DNA of 62,994 nt, counting the filler, from Vannella sp. (Eukaryota), in the NCBI GenBank assembly GCA_023345925.1. It is 7 parts of 7 records of this genome, joined end to end, with 100 filler letters (N's around TTAATTAATTAA, not from the genome) between each part and the next. Parts side by side here need not be neighbours in the genome. Positions count along the whole stretch, not along the records: positions 28,674 to 41,767 come from JAJQQN010001396.1; positions 41,868 to 46,555 come from JAJQQN010000570.1; 5 more parts are not named here. One strand, written 5' to 3'. A program made the translations under genes and the position numbers. The notes under the pieces are model-generated. The model saw only the letters and a program-made list of their open reading frames with translations. It was not told the origin of the DNA and did not search any database. Shown in pieces: positions 31,381 through 42,251 of the stretch (positions are counted from its first letter, which is position 1; each line of letters opens with the position of its first letter).

Positions 31381-34300
31381 CTAATCTTCGACATTGTAGA
31401 TGGTTTTCATATCTTTGAGCAACTTGATGTCGCGCTTGGTCAGTTGCTTTCCGAAGAACTCCTTCAAACGATCGAGGGAATGCCTTGTTATCTACAAGTG
31501 AAGATGAGTAAGTTGCCACCATCCAGCCAACACATACGCGACTCATGAGAGGATGCTCATGGGTAAAGTGACGTTCGTAGGCATAAACCTGAGCAGAATC
31601 GTCCGGAGCAATTTTGATTGCCACCTTGTCACCCGTCGTTGCTTCATCCACATTGACTCGGTTGTTCTCAATGGAAGTCACTTTGCCGATGAAGATGTTC
31701 TGGAGCAGTTTCGATGAGCTCCAAACGATGAGGTGATAAGAGGGGAAAGGGACTCCTAAAACTAACTTACCTCACTATCTTTGATGGCACACAAAGGCGT
31801 ATTGATGCGCAACGTTCCCTCAATAACAGTCACACCAACGACGATGGGATCTCTCTTGTTAAAGATATGTTCCGGCAAGATCTCCAAAACAACGGGCCAA
31901 ACTGCCTCTGATGCAAACTGGCGTCGCCGCTCATCGTCAATTTGCTTGAGGTAGGCGAGGAACATGTCAGCTAAGTGGTAGATGATTGGTGCTGCGAAGA
32001 TACGGACGCCCAGCTTCTCTGCAAACTTCTCCGTCTCTCGATCGATCTTAACGTCGAAGGCAAGAATGGCTGCATACTTTTTGTCATGCTCCAGCATCAC
32101 AGAAGATCGTGTCACATCGCGCTTATGGACAGGTCCAATGCCCACTGCAGAAACAGGAATCTTGCTATCTTTCAGGAAGGAGAGGAGGGCTTCCAAAGAA
32201 CCAAGCGTTGAGGCCTGCACGAAAACTCCTCTTGAAGTGGTGGCAACGCTCTTTTGAATCTTTTTGAGATCCATCTGAACCTCTTCTTTGAGATCCTCAA
32301 TGTCATCATCATCTCCCACCACCAAAAGGGAAGAACCAGCCACGCAGTCTTGTAAATCATGAGCAACGATCTTGACACCCATTGCTGCCTTAATAGTCTT
32401 GCAGTGAACATAAGGGTTGGCCTTTCCAGCTTTGACGCGAATCTCTCGCATAGCTGGAGGGGTTAGAAGAGAACGGATGGTGGTGACAATGGGCCCATGC
32501 ATGCCACACAAGACAATGCGATCGCCCTCGTGAATGATGCCGTCAGAGATAATCACATCAGCTGTGGTACCCAAACCTTCTACAACCTTGACCTCAAGAA
32601 TGGTACACTTGAGCTTTGGAGAGAGATACAACTGGGCTGTCATCATTCGCTGAGTGAGTTGGACAAGGAGCATTAGCAAATCAGGTATGCCCTCTCCAGT
32701 CACAGCAGAAGTAGGAACAATGGAAAGATTCTTTCTAAAGTCCTTGTTCTTGTAGTAAGGGACAGAGTTGAATCCCCGTTCCGCGAACTTGACTTGGATG
32801 TCATCGAGCATTGCTTCGTACTGCTTGACTACATGGGCTGGTTGTGCTGCAAGAGAAGTGCGAATGGGCGCGTCAGGTTGAGGCTGCCACTCGAAAATTC
32901 GATCAATCTTGTTAAGTGCCACGATGAATGGGCACTGGCGCTTCTTGAGAAGCTTAAGCGACTCTTCCGTTTGCTGCTCCATACCATGATTAATGTCAAC
33001 GACCAACACGGCAATGTCACACAAAGAACTACCACGCGACCTCAAGTTGGTAAAACTCTCGTGACCGGGAGTGTCAATGATCAACAAGCCTGGGACTTTG
33101 TACTCCAACTGCAGCTTCTCATTAAGAGAAGTAGTCAGCCTCTTGATAGCATCCATAGGGAAATAGGTTGCTCCAATTTGCTGCGTAATTCCACCGGCCT
33201 CGCCGCGTTGGACGTTGGAACGGCGAATCTTATCTAAGAGGAGAGTCTTTCCGGTATCGACATGTCCCAGCACGCAGCAGATAGGGGAACGCATCTCGCC
33301 TTCCTGGATGGTATTGGCAGCATTCCGCTCCTCTTCTGCTCTCCGTCGCTCCTCCTCCAAAGCAGCAATCTTGACAGCGGCTGCTGCGGCTTCGATGGAA
33401 GCTTTAGCGGCTGCCTCAGGATCTTCTTCTCCATCAGAGTCATAGAGTGCGTCCCAATCATCAGCTGCCTCTTCCTTTTTCTCCTCTAACTTGGCTGCTG
33501 CTGCAGCCTTCGCGCGCTCCTCGTCCTGCTTCCTCTTGCGTTTCGCATCTTCCGCAGCCTTTCGACGCGCGGCAGCTTGCTTGGCAATAGCCTTAGGATC
33601 AGATAATTCGCTTTCATCGCTTTTGATACCGTTGAGCTCATCATCCAGCTTCTTCAGGGCTGGGGGGAGGACAAACCCGGATGCCTTCAGACGAGCAATC
33701 TGATCGCGCTGTTTTTGGAGCTTGGCGGCTGCTTCGCCAGCCTCTTGATCAGCCTTTCGTTTGATCACTTGCAGCTCCTTCACTTTCAGTCTCTCTTCTT
33801 CCAGACGTTTGAGGCGTTCCTCCTCCTCTCGAGCGAACTGCTCCGCCTCCAATCTCTCCCTCTCCTCTTCCTCTTGTTGCTGTTTGAGCATAGCAGCGAT
33901 CTTCGCCATCTTGCTGGAAGGCTTACTCTCCACCGGTTCCTTCGCACCCGCCTTCTTCTTCTGCGCAGTTTTCTTTTTCTTCTTGGCTGCTGCGCTCTCT
34001 GCAGGTGCAGTCTCAGCTAATGTTCCACCTAACGTTTGACCAACTGGAGTTCCTGAGGCCTCTCCTGTTTCAGCAGCTCCCACAGCAGAGACAGTGGCGG
34101 GAGGACCGCCCAAACTAGTTGGTGTTGGAGCCCCTCCAGAAGGCACCAAAGCTGCGGCAGCTTCCTCCTTCTTCTTCTTCGCAAGGCGCTTCTTCTTAGC
34201 CGCTGTAGATTCTCCTGCAGGAGCTCCACCAAGAGCTGATCCACCAAGTGCAGCGCCGGGCGTGGTTGGTGCACCCAGAGAAGCTGGGGGACCTCCAAGA

Positions 34301-34608
34301 GAAGCTGGGGGACCTCCAAGAGAAGATGCTGGTGGTCCACCAAGAGAAGATGCTGGTGGTCCACCAAGCGAAGACGCTGGTGGGGGACCTCCAAGAGAAG
34401 ATGCTGGTCCACCGAGTGAAGATGGGGGACCTCCTAGGGATGAGGGAGGTCCTCCCAGAGCGGTGGGAGCTCCACCAAGAGATGTAGGAGGTCCTCCAAG
34501 AGATGTAGCGGGTCCTCCGAGGGATGTGGCGGGCCCTCCTAAAGAAGTGGGGCCACCCAATGTAGAGGCAGCAGAAGTGGCCGGAGCCTTCTTCGTATTC
34601 TTCCCCAT
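31381..34608 (-). CDS. EIF5B: Translation initiation factor eIF5B (2 introns near 3' end)
   Basis: RSPICCVLGHVDTGKT, GEAGGITQQIGATYFP, IDTPGHESFTNLRSRGSSLCD, VQASTLGSLEALL; spliced end ITRHSLDRLKEFF...NVED*. Confidence 0.97.
34220..34566 (-). repeat. Coding tandem repeat, about 13-15 x (S/T/A)-L-G-G-(P/A)-P in the eIF5B N-terminus
   Basis: TSLGGPATSLGGPP...ASSLGGPP units of 18-27 nt. Confidence 0.95.
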
Positions 34609-34890
34609 CTCTGATCAAGAAGCCTAGATAGGACTGAGCGTGAGGAACGAGTTAGATCAGGGAAGGAGACTCTCACTCACGAGAAAGGAAAAGAAAAGAA
34701 GTGGAATTGCAAACTTGCTCAATTCAGTCCCGCATTCCAAAGAAGTTCAGTTTAATATTTATTCTATGCATTTTGAATTTCCATGCTCAGGTCATTTCTT
34801 GAAGACTCAGCCCGCTTGTTGGTGTACCTTGATCACCACGGATGAGCACTTTCCATTCACATCAGGAAGAATCAGAAACGGACCACATGG

Positions 34891-36216
34891 GTGAGTTCTA
34901 GACCCTCTGCTTCTCCTCTCTTCCACTGGCTCCCACATCCATACTGCACGTTCCCCATCGCTCAGTCTGGGAGAGGAGCTGTAAACCACCTCATCACAGG
35001 GATACACTCAGTTGGGAGCGGAGTTGTTTGCATTTCCCCGCATTTCCCTGCTAACCTCTTGGACACAGTTAGGGACGAGACGCCCCCTTTTGGCATACTG
35101 ATTGGAGCTAAACCTGGGGCTATTGTGGAAAGACATATTGGATCATCTTTGGGTGACGTCATTCCGCTATCTCCTTCGCAAACGGGCATCCTACGACGAT
35201 TCCTCCCCAACGGCTTCACTGAGTTTCTCCTGGGTAATAGCGTTGTGAAGCTGGAACCAGGCTATGAGCTCCGCGTAAATGAAACTATTGCTGTCAGGAG
35301 AAGGCCAGAGCTTACCTCCAAACGGATGTCGAACGTGGAGGTGACAACCGGTTCCATCATGATCCTACAACAGATCCTCGCTCACATCATTTGCAAGGAT
35401 CCTGATAGTGCCACAAAGCTGGAAAGCCTCTACGCAATCCAGGGCAAAGTCCTTACCGCTGGCCGGGTGATGGCGTTGTACCCTGAAGGCGTAGTCCTTT
35501 CCGCTGACCTCACTGGACCACAGACCTTGGCGAGCTGGATCTTCCTTGGAGACAATGATCTCAAGGACATTCGGATCTTACCTTCCTCGACAACTCCTGA
35601 GCAACTGGAGGCAGCCATGGCGGCAGAGTACAAGCATTTGGAGCAGTTGCTGGCTTTGGACGCCGGAATGCAGGCAACCGTTGGCGTAGGAGGTACTCCT
35701 AAGACGATTGAAAGCTTGTGGTGGAACAAAGGTGCGATTCTGGGCCGCAAGGCGATCTTTGATGGAGGGAGAGTCTCTGTCTCCATCCTCTCCCTCCGTC
35801 CCCACGGTACTACTCTGCAGCGAGAGACAAGTGACAGTCCGCCAGCAGATAGACCATATCTACGCTTATATACAGAGTTCCAGAACTCTGATGGACTCTT
35901 GTTCTCCATCTGCGCTTACGATGAGGGAGGCGTTATTGCCAACTTCAAGCCGCCCCTTCCCTCTTCTGGCATGAACTCCAATACCAGAGGCCGCTGTTGG
36001 GTTCCTTACTCATTCTTTGATGACCCTGCCGCCCCTTCCGTTGTTGGGGACGAGGAGGCCACGGACTTTCCCAACGGGGACTACGGTGATGACGATGATG
36101 ACGATGACTCGTTCTTGTCCTCTCCGTCACTCTCAGAACTGGGAAAGCGCCAACGAGAAGTTGTTGGAACTTCCCCAGCCACCAAAAAGTCGGGTTCTGC
36201 TTCGCTCATTCTTTAG
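34891..36216 (+). CDS. Hypothetical protein (5' end uncertain)
   Basis: 1.3-kb open frame with globular composition and acidic/NLS-like tail; no family recognised. Confidence 0.6.
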   Translation: MSSRPSASPLFHWLPHPYCTFPIAQSGRGAVNHLITGIHSVGSGVVCISPHFPANLLDTVRDETPPFGILIGAKPGAIVERHIGSSLGDVIPLSPSQTGILRRFLPNGFTEFLLGNSVVKLEPGYELRVNETIAVRRRPELTSKRMSNVEVTTGSIMILQQILAHIICKDPDSATKLESLYAIQGKVLTAGRVMALYPEGVVLSADLTGPQTLASWIFLGDNDLKDIRILPSSTTPEQLEAAMAAEYKHLEQLLALDAGMQATVGVGGTPKTIESLWWNKGAILGRKAIFDGGRVSVSILSLRPHGTTLQRETSDSPPADRPYLRLYTEFQNSDGLLFSICAYDEGGVIANFKPPLPSSGMNSNTRGRCWVPYSFFDDPAAPSVVGDEEATDFPNGDYGDDDDDDDSFLSSPSLSELGKRQREVVGTSPATKKSGSASLIL

Positions 36217-36308
36217 TCTTTCGCTCCTTCCTTTTCCTCAGGCCAACAATAAACCCTCCAAATCATCACCAAAGCACGCAGCAGTTCCAACTTTACTCTC
36301 CTTGATTC

Positions 36309-36355
36309 AACCAATCAGAATGTCGAGAGCCTGAGGCTTGGCCCTCTGATTGGCC
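36309..36355. promoter_or_regulatory. Pair of oppositely oriented CCAAT boxes upstream of the HSDL2-like gene
   Basis: aaccaatcagaa at 36309 and tctgattggcc at about 36345. Confidence 0.55.
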
Positions 36356-36446
36356 AAACCAACTTTGGGCTTTCTGAACGCATTCAGATTACTCCTCGAA
36401 TGAATGAATAGTGTCACAAAACCAAGCCATTCTTTTGAGCCTGGGA

Positions 36447-37363
36447 ATGGGGCGATTGTCTGGGCGCGTTGCGATTGTAACTGGAGCTTCGCGTGGAATA
36501 GGGCGTGAGGTCTGCCTTACTCTTGCCAGGGAAGGATGCCACATTGTTGCTGCTGCCAAGAGCGTTGAAGAGACACCCAACTTGCCAGGGACAGTGTTCA
36601 GCGTTGCCCGCGAGGTGGAAGAATTGGGCGTGGAGGCGATTGCTGTTCAATGTGACGTTCGCGATGACGCTTCTGTGGACCGAATGATCGAAGAGACTCT
36701 GAAAAAGTGGGGACGAATTGACATCCTCGTCAACAACGCGGGTGCATTGTGGTGGAAGGACATGGTGGACACTCCTATGAAGCGCTACGACCTTATCAAC
36801 GGTATCAATGCTCGGGGAACTTTCGTGTGCACACAACGTTGCCTTCCTCACATGATAGCAGCGGGATATGGCCACATCATCAACATGTCCCCTCCGGTGG
36901 ACCTTTCCATGCTGAAGGGGCGGATTGGCTACTCCATCTCCAAGTTTGGAATGACCATGATTGCGCACGGTCTAGCACAGGAGCTTGGGGGTACAGGAGT
37001 GGCTTGCAACGCTCTTTGGCCTGCGACAATGATCGAATCGTTTGCCACCATCAACTTCAACTTGGGCGTGCCTTCGATGTGGCGTAAGGCCTCAATCATT
37101 GCGGATGCTACTCTCTCGATCATTCTCGAGGACTCGAAGACCTTCACAGGGCACGCACTGATTGACGAGGTACGGAGCCTTCCCAGACGAAGCCCAAATT
37201 CTCACACTAATGGGGAAAGGCGTACTTGCGAAGCAAGGGGGTCACGGACTTTACTCAGTACCGGTGTGATCCTGATGTGGAGCCGCCTCACATCCACGAG
37301 GAGTTCAAGAATGTCCAAAGGGGCTTGATAACCGAAGCTCCCGTTCCCGTCGCCAAGCTCTAA
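36447..37363 (+). CDS. HSDL2: Peroxisomal short-chain dehydrogenase, HSDL2-like (1 intron), PTS1 AKL
   Basis: TGASRGIG, ILVNNAG, MKRYDLINGINARGTF, YSISKFGM, CNALWP; spliced end ...PVAKL*. Confidence 0.9.
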
Positions 37364-37456
37364 TTGCTGCTGGACTCTCAATGAAGCTTTTATCAGCTCG
37401 TCTGAAGTTTCCCACAATGCAAGAATCTTAGTTATAGTACACAGAGTCGCCCTTTC

Positions 37457-38230
37457 TCATGGTCCGCCCTCCTCTTCATCGGATAAGGGCGGCACATCGT
37501 CGTCCTCGCCCTCTTCTGTGGACGGTGTTGGTGGCTGGAAGAGATCGTTCATCCGCTTTTCAACAAGAAGAGAGCCTATAGATTCGTCCTCAGAGGAGTA
37601 CTCAGTGTCTGAAAGGTTGAGAGAACGCCAAGGCTCGTCTCCGGCGCGATAAAGAACCTGTCCTTCTTCTGCATCTTCTTCGCTTGTCGCATCATCATCG
37701 TCGCCAGAGCTGACCCCTGGAAGCATCCTCCCACGTTGCAAGAGGCAGCCAATGCCGACGTGGTCACGAACAAGCTCTAAAGCGGTTTGACCCATCGTGT
37801 TCGCCACATCCCGATCGATACCAGCATTCAATAACAACTCCACGACTTCCTTGTGACCTCTCCACACTGCACGGTGAAGGGCGGTGTCACCAAGAAGGTT
37901 CTGAGCGTGAAGCAGAGGAAGGAGGGAGCCAGTGGTCTCGCCTCTTTCGATGAGAAAGCGGACCGTTTCCGCATGCCCTGATCCCGAAGCCCAATGTAAA
38001 GCTGTGTTCTTTGCATTGTCCAGGGTGAGGAGAGAAGGGGCAGGGTCGCTCTCCTCCGGATGGTCCAACAACTCTTGCAGGCGCTCCACATCACCCCGAG
38101 CGGCTGCGTCGTGGAGAGGTGAGACCAGCACTTGATGGAAGAACCCCGCCGAGTTCATGAGCTTCCTCTCCAACTCCCCTGCAGAGGAGAAGTCCCCCGT
38201 GTTCATTGTGCGCATCAGCTCTGAATCCAT
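37457..38230 (-). CDS. Ankyrin-repeat protein with acidic C-terminus
   Basis: SPLHDAAARG, KNTALHWASGSGH, GDTALHRAVWRGH, GQTALEL. Confidence 0.9.
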   Translation of the reverse strand: MDSELMRTMNTGDFSSAGELERKLMNSAGFFHQVLVSPLHDAAARGDVERLQELLDHPEESDPAPSLLTLDNAKNTALHWASGSGHAETVRFLIERGETTGSLLPLLHAQNLLGDTALHRAVWRGHKEVVELLLNAGIDRDVANTMGQTALELVRDHVGIGCLLQRGRMLPGVSSGDDDDATSEEDAEEGQVLYRAGDEPWRSLNLSDTEYSSEDESIGSLLVEKRMNDLFQPPTPSTEEGEDDDVPPLSDEEEGGP

Positions 38231-38377
38231 TCTAGAAGGAGGAGCGCCAACGAGAATGGCTCTCTGGAGCCGCTCATCCTTTGGATGCCTCTTTAGAGGG
38301 GAACAGTTGAGTCTCTTTATTTGGGTGCACGGAAAGGGACCTTTCAAGTCAAGATACTCCCTCCTTCATGATTTGGC

Positions 38378-39232
38378 TCACATTTTGGAAGCTTTGCGAG
38401 TTTGTTGCTCCATCACGAACTTCATGACGGCTTGGGCACATTCCTCGCTTCGGAAGCGTTCCAGTAACAAAGAGAGTTCTCTTTCGTTGGTGTCGAGTAG
38501 AGTTTGGGTACTGACTTTGCGAGAGAGGCCTTTTGTCTGTCTCAGAGCATTGGGAGGGAAAGCAGCCATCTGGCGGGCTCGCTGAAGCACTTCTGACATG
38601 AAAGTGGCCGATGGGAAGAAGTCGGCTACAAAGCCGCATTGCTTTGCTTCCTCTGCGTTCATCTTCTTCCCCATCAACAACAGCTCGTTCGCCTTGCTTG
38701 TCCCCATGATCATGGGGAAGAGGAGCGAGGAGCAGCCCTCCGCGCAGAAGCCCAATTGCATGAACGGCACGTGGAAGTTGGCAATGTCTGCACAGTACAC
38801 GATATCACACAGCTGTAAGGTAGTACATGCTACTCCTACTGCTGGTCCATTCACAGCAGCGATGAGAGGCTTCTCAAAGCGTATGAAAGCGACAATCAAC
38901 TGATGGGCGTTCGATTCGATCATGCTCTTCAAGAACTCGGTTTGCTCCGCTTCTGAAGCGCCTGCAAGCTTCACTTGTGATGATAGTTGTTGTCTGAGAT
39001 CGTGCCCGCTACTGTAGAAGCGCCCACGAGCCGAAAGCACAGCCACCGAGATGGATTCTTCACCATTCACCATGTCCAGAGCGCGAGAGAGATCTTCGTA
39101 CTGCTGTGAAGTGAAGGAGTTGAGTTGATCACTTCGTGTCAGCTCCACAATAGCCAAATGAGGCGAGAGTTCGTCGCGTCTGACCAAAACCGTCTCCGAG
39201 TGGAAGAGAACTCCCCCGCCCATGCCGGCCAT
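38378..39232 (-). CDS. ECI2: Peroxisomal enoyl-CoA delta isomerase (ECI2-like crotonase), PTS1 SKM
   Basis: FYSSGHDL, KPLIAAVNGPAVG, PFMQLGFCAEGCSS, ANELLLMGKKMNAEEA; ends ...ASKM*. Confidence 0.9.
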   Translation of the reverse strand: MAGMGGGVLFHSETVLVRRDELSPHLAIVELTRSDQLNSFTSQQYEDLSRALDMVNGEESISVAVLSARGRFYSSGHDLRQQLSSQVKLAGASEAEQTEFLKSMIESNAHQLIVAFIRFEKPLIAAVNGPAVGVACTTLQLCDIVYCADIANFHVPFMQLGFCAEGCSSLLFPMIMGTSKANELLLMGKKMNAEEAKQCGFVADFFPSATFMSEVLQRARQMAAFPPNALRQTKGLSRKVSTQTLLDTNERELSLLLERFRSEECAQAVMKFVMEQQTRKASKM

Positions 39233-39431
39233 CCAATATAATGGCTTGATAAGCAGAAAGCGGATGACAATGCTTAGAAGGTCGGGTTTCCAGGCAAAGA
39301 GTCCAACCCCCTGCAATCCCGGTTTTAACCCGGTTTTATCAGGTGTTTTGGGCAGGCGGATTTTGCGAAAAATGGGTATTTGATATCAAGGTGCTAAATA
39401 GAACTTACCAGTGTTGAGTTTCTCTGGGGGA

Positions 39432-40226
39432 ATGGAAGCTCTGGTTTGGGGTCGCAGCCTTTCTCTGGTGTTGAGCGAGGCTACCGGGTTACTGAGAGCT
39501 GCTGTTATTGATGTTTGTCTGTCTCATGGGGTGGATCACGCCAGAGCCGTTCTGCAACACACCAAACGAGCGTTGGAGGAACATCCCGTCCGTTTGGGAG
39601 ACGAGAAGTTGGCGTTGATCCAGTTAGCAGCTCTTCTGCACGATGCAGATGATCACAAGTTCTTCCCTGCTCCTCCCATCGGTCAGCCTTCCAACGCTTC
39701 AACGATCCTCCAGAAGTGCAGTGGTGGACAGATCACTCCTGAACAGGAGACCGCCATCACAGAGATGATCGATTGGGTGAGCTGCTCAAAGCACCACAAC
39801 GACATACCACAGAAGGCGATCCAGTCTCCAGAATTGCTCTTCCCACGCTGGTCGGATCGTTTGGAGGCGCTCGGAGAGATCGGAGCGATTCGTTGCTTGC
39901 AGTTTGCTGCTTCTTCGGGGAACTTGCTGTTTGTGCCAACAACGCCACGTCCGAGAACGGAAGAGGAACTCGAAACTCTGATTGATCCCGAACGCTTCCG
40001 CGCCTATCAGGGAGGCAGCGCGAGCATGATGGACCATTACTACGACAAGCTTCTACATTTGGGCCACTTTCAAAGTGGCAATTCCTATCTCGACGCGCAG
40101 GCGCGTTCCAGAGGGCAGATTCTTCGCGACATTTGTCTCCATTTTGGGCGCGAAGAACAGCTCCATCCTCTCCTCGTGAGCTTCGCCAAGGAGAACCAAC
40201 TATTTACTGAGCAGCTGGATTGCTAA
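39432..40226 (+). CDS. HD-domain metal-dependent phosphohydrolase
   Basis: SHGVDHARAV, AALLHDADDHKFF, RWSDRLEALGEIG, SMMDHYYDKLLHL. Confidence 0.88.
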   Translation: MEALVWGRSLSLVLSEATGLLRAAVIDVCLSHGVDHARAVLQHTKRALEEHPVRLGDEKLALIQLAALLHDADDHKFFPAPPIGQPSNASTILQKCSGGQITPEQETAITEMIDWVSCSKHHNDIPQKAIQSPELLFPRWSDRLEALGEIGAIRCLQFAASSGNLLFVPTTPRPRTEEELETLIDPERFRAYQGGSASMMDHYYDKLLHLGHFQSGNSYLDAQARSRGQILRDICLHFGREEQLHPLLVSFAKENQLFTEQLDC

Positions 40227-40304
40227 AGGCCACTAAAGCGCTTTGTATCAAGAGAGTGTCAGAAAGAGGAACCTTTCCTTTTCGACTCTGGATTTCAAAG
40301 AGGT

Positions 40305-41600
40305 TCATTGGACCGGTTCATCCTTCAGCTCTCGGACATTACCAATAGTTACTGTTTGAAGGGATCTGGGATTGGAACTTCGAAGAGACCCCCAAACAGG
40401 CGAGGGATCTCGAGAGGGGACGGACACTTTTTTCTCCGATAACTTGCGTTGGGCGCAAAGGCGTTGCCGCCTCTGATAGGCTTCTTGTCTCTTCCTTCTA
40501 TTCTCTTCCATTCTAGCGCAAGCTGCAGGTCGAAACCGTTCCCTAAGCTCAACGAGCCTCTTCTGCTGCACAGAACTAAACTTCTTGGCCTCGTGAAGCA
40601 GCAGAGCAGCATCAAAGTGATATTTTGGAATTTCTCGTACAATAGAGAACATTTCGATGCAATCCTTTGCAGCCAGAAGCTCCGCTTCACTCAGTTTCAG
40701 AAGAGCCAAAGCCACTCGCACAAAGAGTGCATACCCGCCCTCTGGCCGAAAGATGTTGTCCCAAATCTTAAAGGTAACCTCCGCTGTCAGGATGCCCACG
40801 AAAAGGCAGAGAAACCACTGGGAAGTGGTCGTGGCCAAAGGGTGCCCCAATAAGAGACTGTGTTCGTGGAGCCGAGGCAGCTTCTGTTTGATGAGGTAAG
40901 CGAACACATCTTGTTCTAAGACGGCCCCAAACATATGTTCTCCATGGAAGTCAGGAGGAACCACCGAGTCCAGCAGATGGACAAGCATCCAGAAAGCTCT
41001 CTCTTCTTCGAATACGAGCAAAAGGAAGGCTGCCAAGTAGTTCATGGACTGGCAATACCCCAGTACAGAGTTATGACAAGAATAGGCCAACAGAACACGC
41101 CGAAGACGGCCAATCCCGTTCTCAGAGTCGAAGAGAGCGTGGCCAGGGAAAGTGCGGCGAAGGTCCTTCTCAATTTGTTCGTGAAAGTCGTTGATGTTAT
41201 CTCCCCGTTGTTGGCGTAAGAGAGTGCTAAACACCTCTGGATGAGCTTGTAGAACCTTCGCTTGACCAGTAATGAACCACCAAACCCGCTGCCGGTGCTC
41301 CGAAGGCACCCCGAACTTCTTGATGAGCCTCTTCATACGAATGGGGGTGAGCATGTCATCTTTCCACCCAGGAATCCCCAAGAGTGCGTCCCAGCAAGCT
41401 CTATCGTCGAGCTCCTCTTGCCGAGTGGAAGTCCGAAGAGCGTGGCGGATGTGCTTCTCCGAGTACTCTGTGTTCAGCTCAAATCCAAACTGATCCCGAC
41501 GAGCCACCTTCCTCCTCTCTAGCCCGGTCTCTTCCTCCTCCTCCTCCTCCAACTCAAAAGGTTCGACAAACGCCCAAATGCTCACCGGCTTGCCCGCCAT
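40305..41600 (-). CDS. TBC-domain Rab GTPase-activating protein
   Basis: GVPSEHRQRVW, QIEKDLRRTFP, GYCQSMNYLAAFLL, AFWML, WFLCLF, KIWD. Confidence 0.95.
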   Translation of the reverse strand: MAGKPVSIWAFVEPFELEEEEEEETGLERRKVARRDQFGFELNTEYSEKHIRHALRTSTRQEELDDRACWDALLGIPGWKDDMLTPIRMKRLIKKFGVPSEHRQRVWWFITGQAKVLQAHPEVFSTLLRQQRGDNINDFHEQIEKDLRRTFPGHALFDSENGIGRLRRVLLAYSCHNSVLGYCQSMNYLAAFLLLVFEEERAFWMLVHLLDSVVPPDFHGEHMFGAVLEQDVFAYLIKQKLPRLHEHSLLLGHPLATTTSQWFLCLFVGILTAEVTFKIWDNIFRPEGGYALFVRVALALLKLSEAELLAAKDCIEMFSIVREIPKYHFDAALLLHEAKKFSSVQQKRLVELRERFRPAACARMEENRRKRQEAYQRRQRLCAQRKLSEKKVSVPSRDPSPVWGSLRSSNPRSLQTVTIGNVRELKDEPVQ

Positions 41601-41767
41601 CAAACAAATGCCTTTCCCCTCGCAATTGATAAAGGATCAATTTCAATTAAATGTCATCCTTTTTTCTTGGCTGTCCGACACAGGCCACGCACTCGCTGCG
41701 TCGGATCAAGACTCAAGCCCGCTTTGGGATCGGAGCTGATTCTCCTTTCCTTCGCTGGTGATAGAAG

Positions 41768-41867
41768 NNNNNNNNNNNNNNNNNNNNNNNNNNNNNNNNN
41801 NNNNNNNNNNNTTAATTAATTAANNNNNNNNNNNNNNNNNNNNNNNNNNNNNNNNNNNNNNNNNNNN
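41768..41867. other. Artificial contig linker
   Basis: 44N-TTAATTAATTAA-44N. Confidence 0.98.
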
Positions 41868-42251
41868 CCAAAACAATCCATTCGCGGAACAACTTTGGGT
41901 GCTATAAAAGGACATTCAGGCTGCTTGACCAGCATTCCGCAAACCACTCCCCTCCCATGCGCTCTTCCACAGCCCCTTCGCGTCGCAGTTTAGAGGGATT
42001 CAACCCTAAACGTCGAGGTGGTCGAGTCTTCTTTCATGAGAAGGACTCTCTCCAAAGCCAATCTTCCAAGTACACTTCACAAGAAACCACTGGCACTTCA
42101 TCATGCCCTGCTCCTCCTGCCCCTCCTTCCCCCCTCCCCCTCGAGAAAGCTCGGAGAAGACCCTGTGAAGCTGCATGAATGTATCATAAACCCTTTTGTA
42201 CCTTTCTGGTTCCCTCCCAGACCTTCAGTGAGACCGAGAAGCGAAGGCTGT

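Noticed and set aside
34029..34627. Alternative-frame repeat ORFs (GGPPRED, LLLEVPQ, WWTTSIFS)
   Set aside because: Shadows of the eIF5B SLGGPP repeat.
41868..42250. Short ORFs at the start of contig 4
   Set aside because: No recognisable motifs; cannot be supported as genes.
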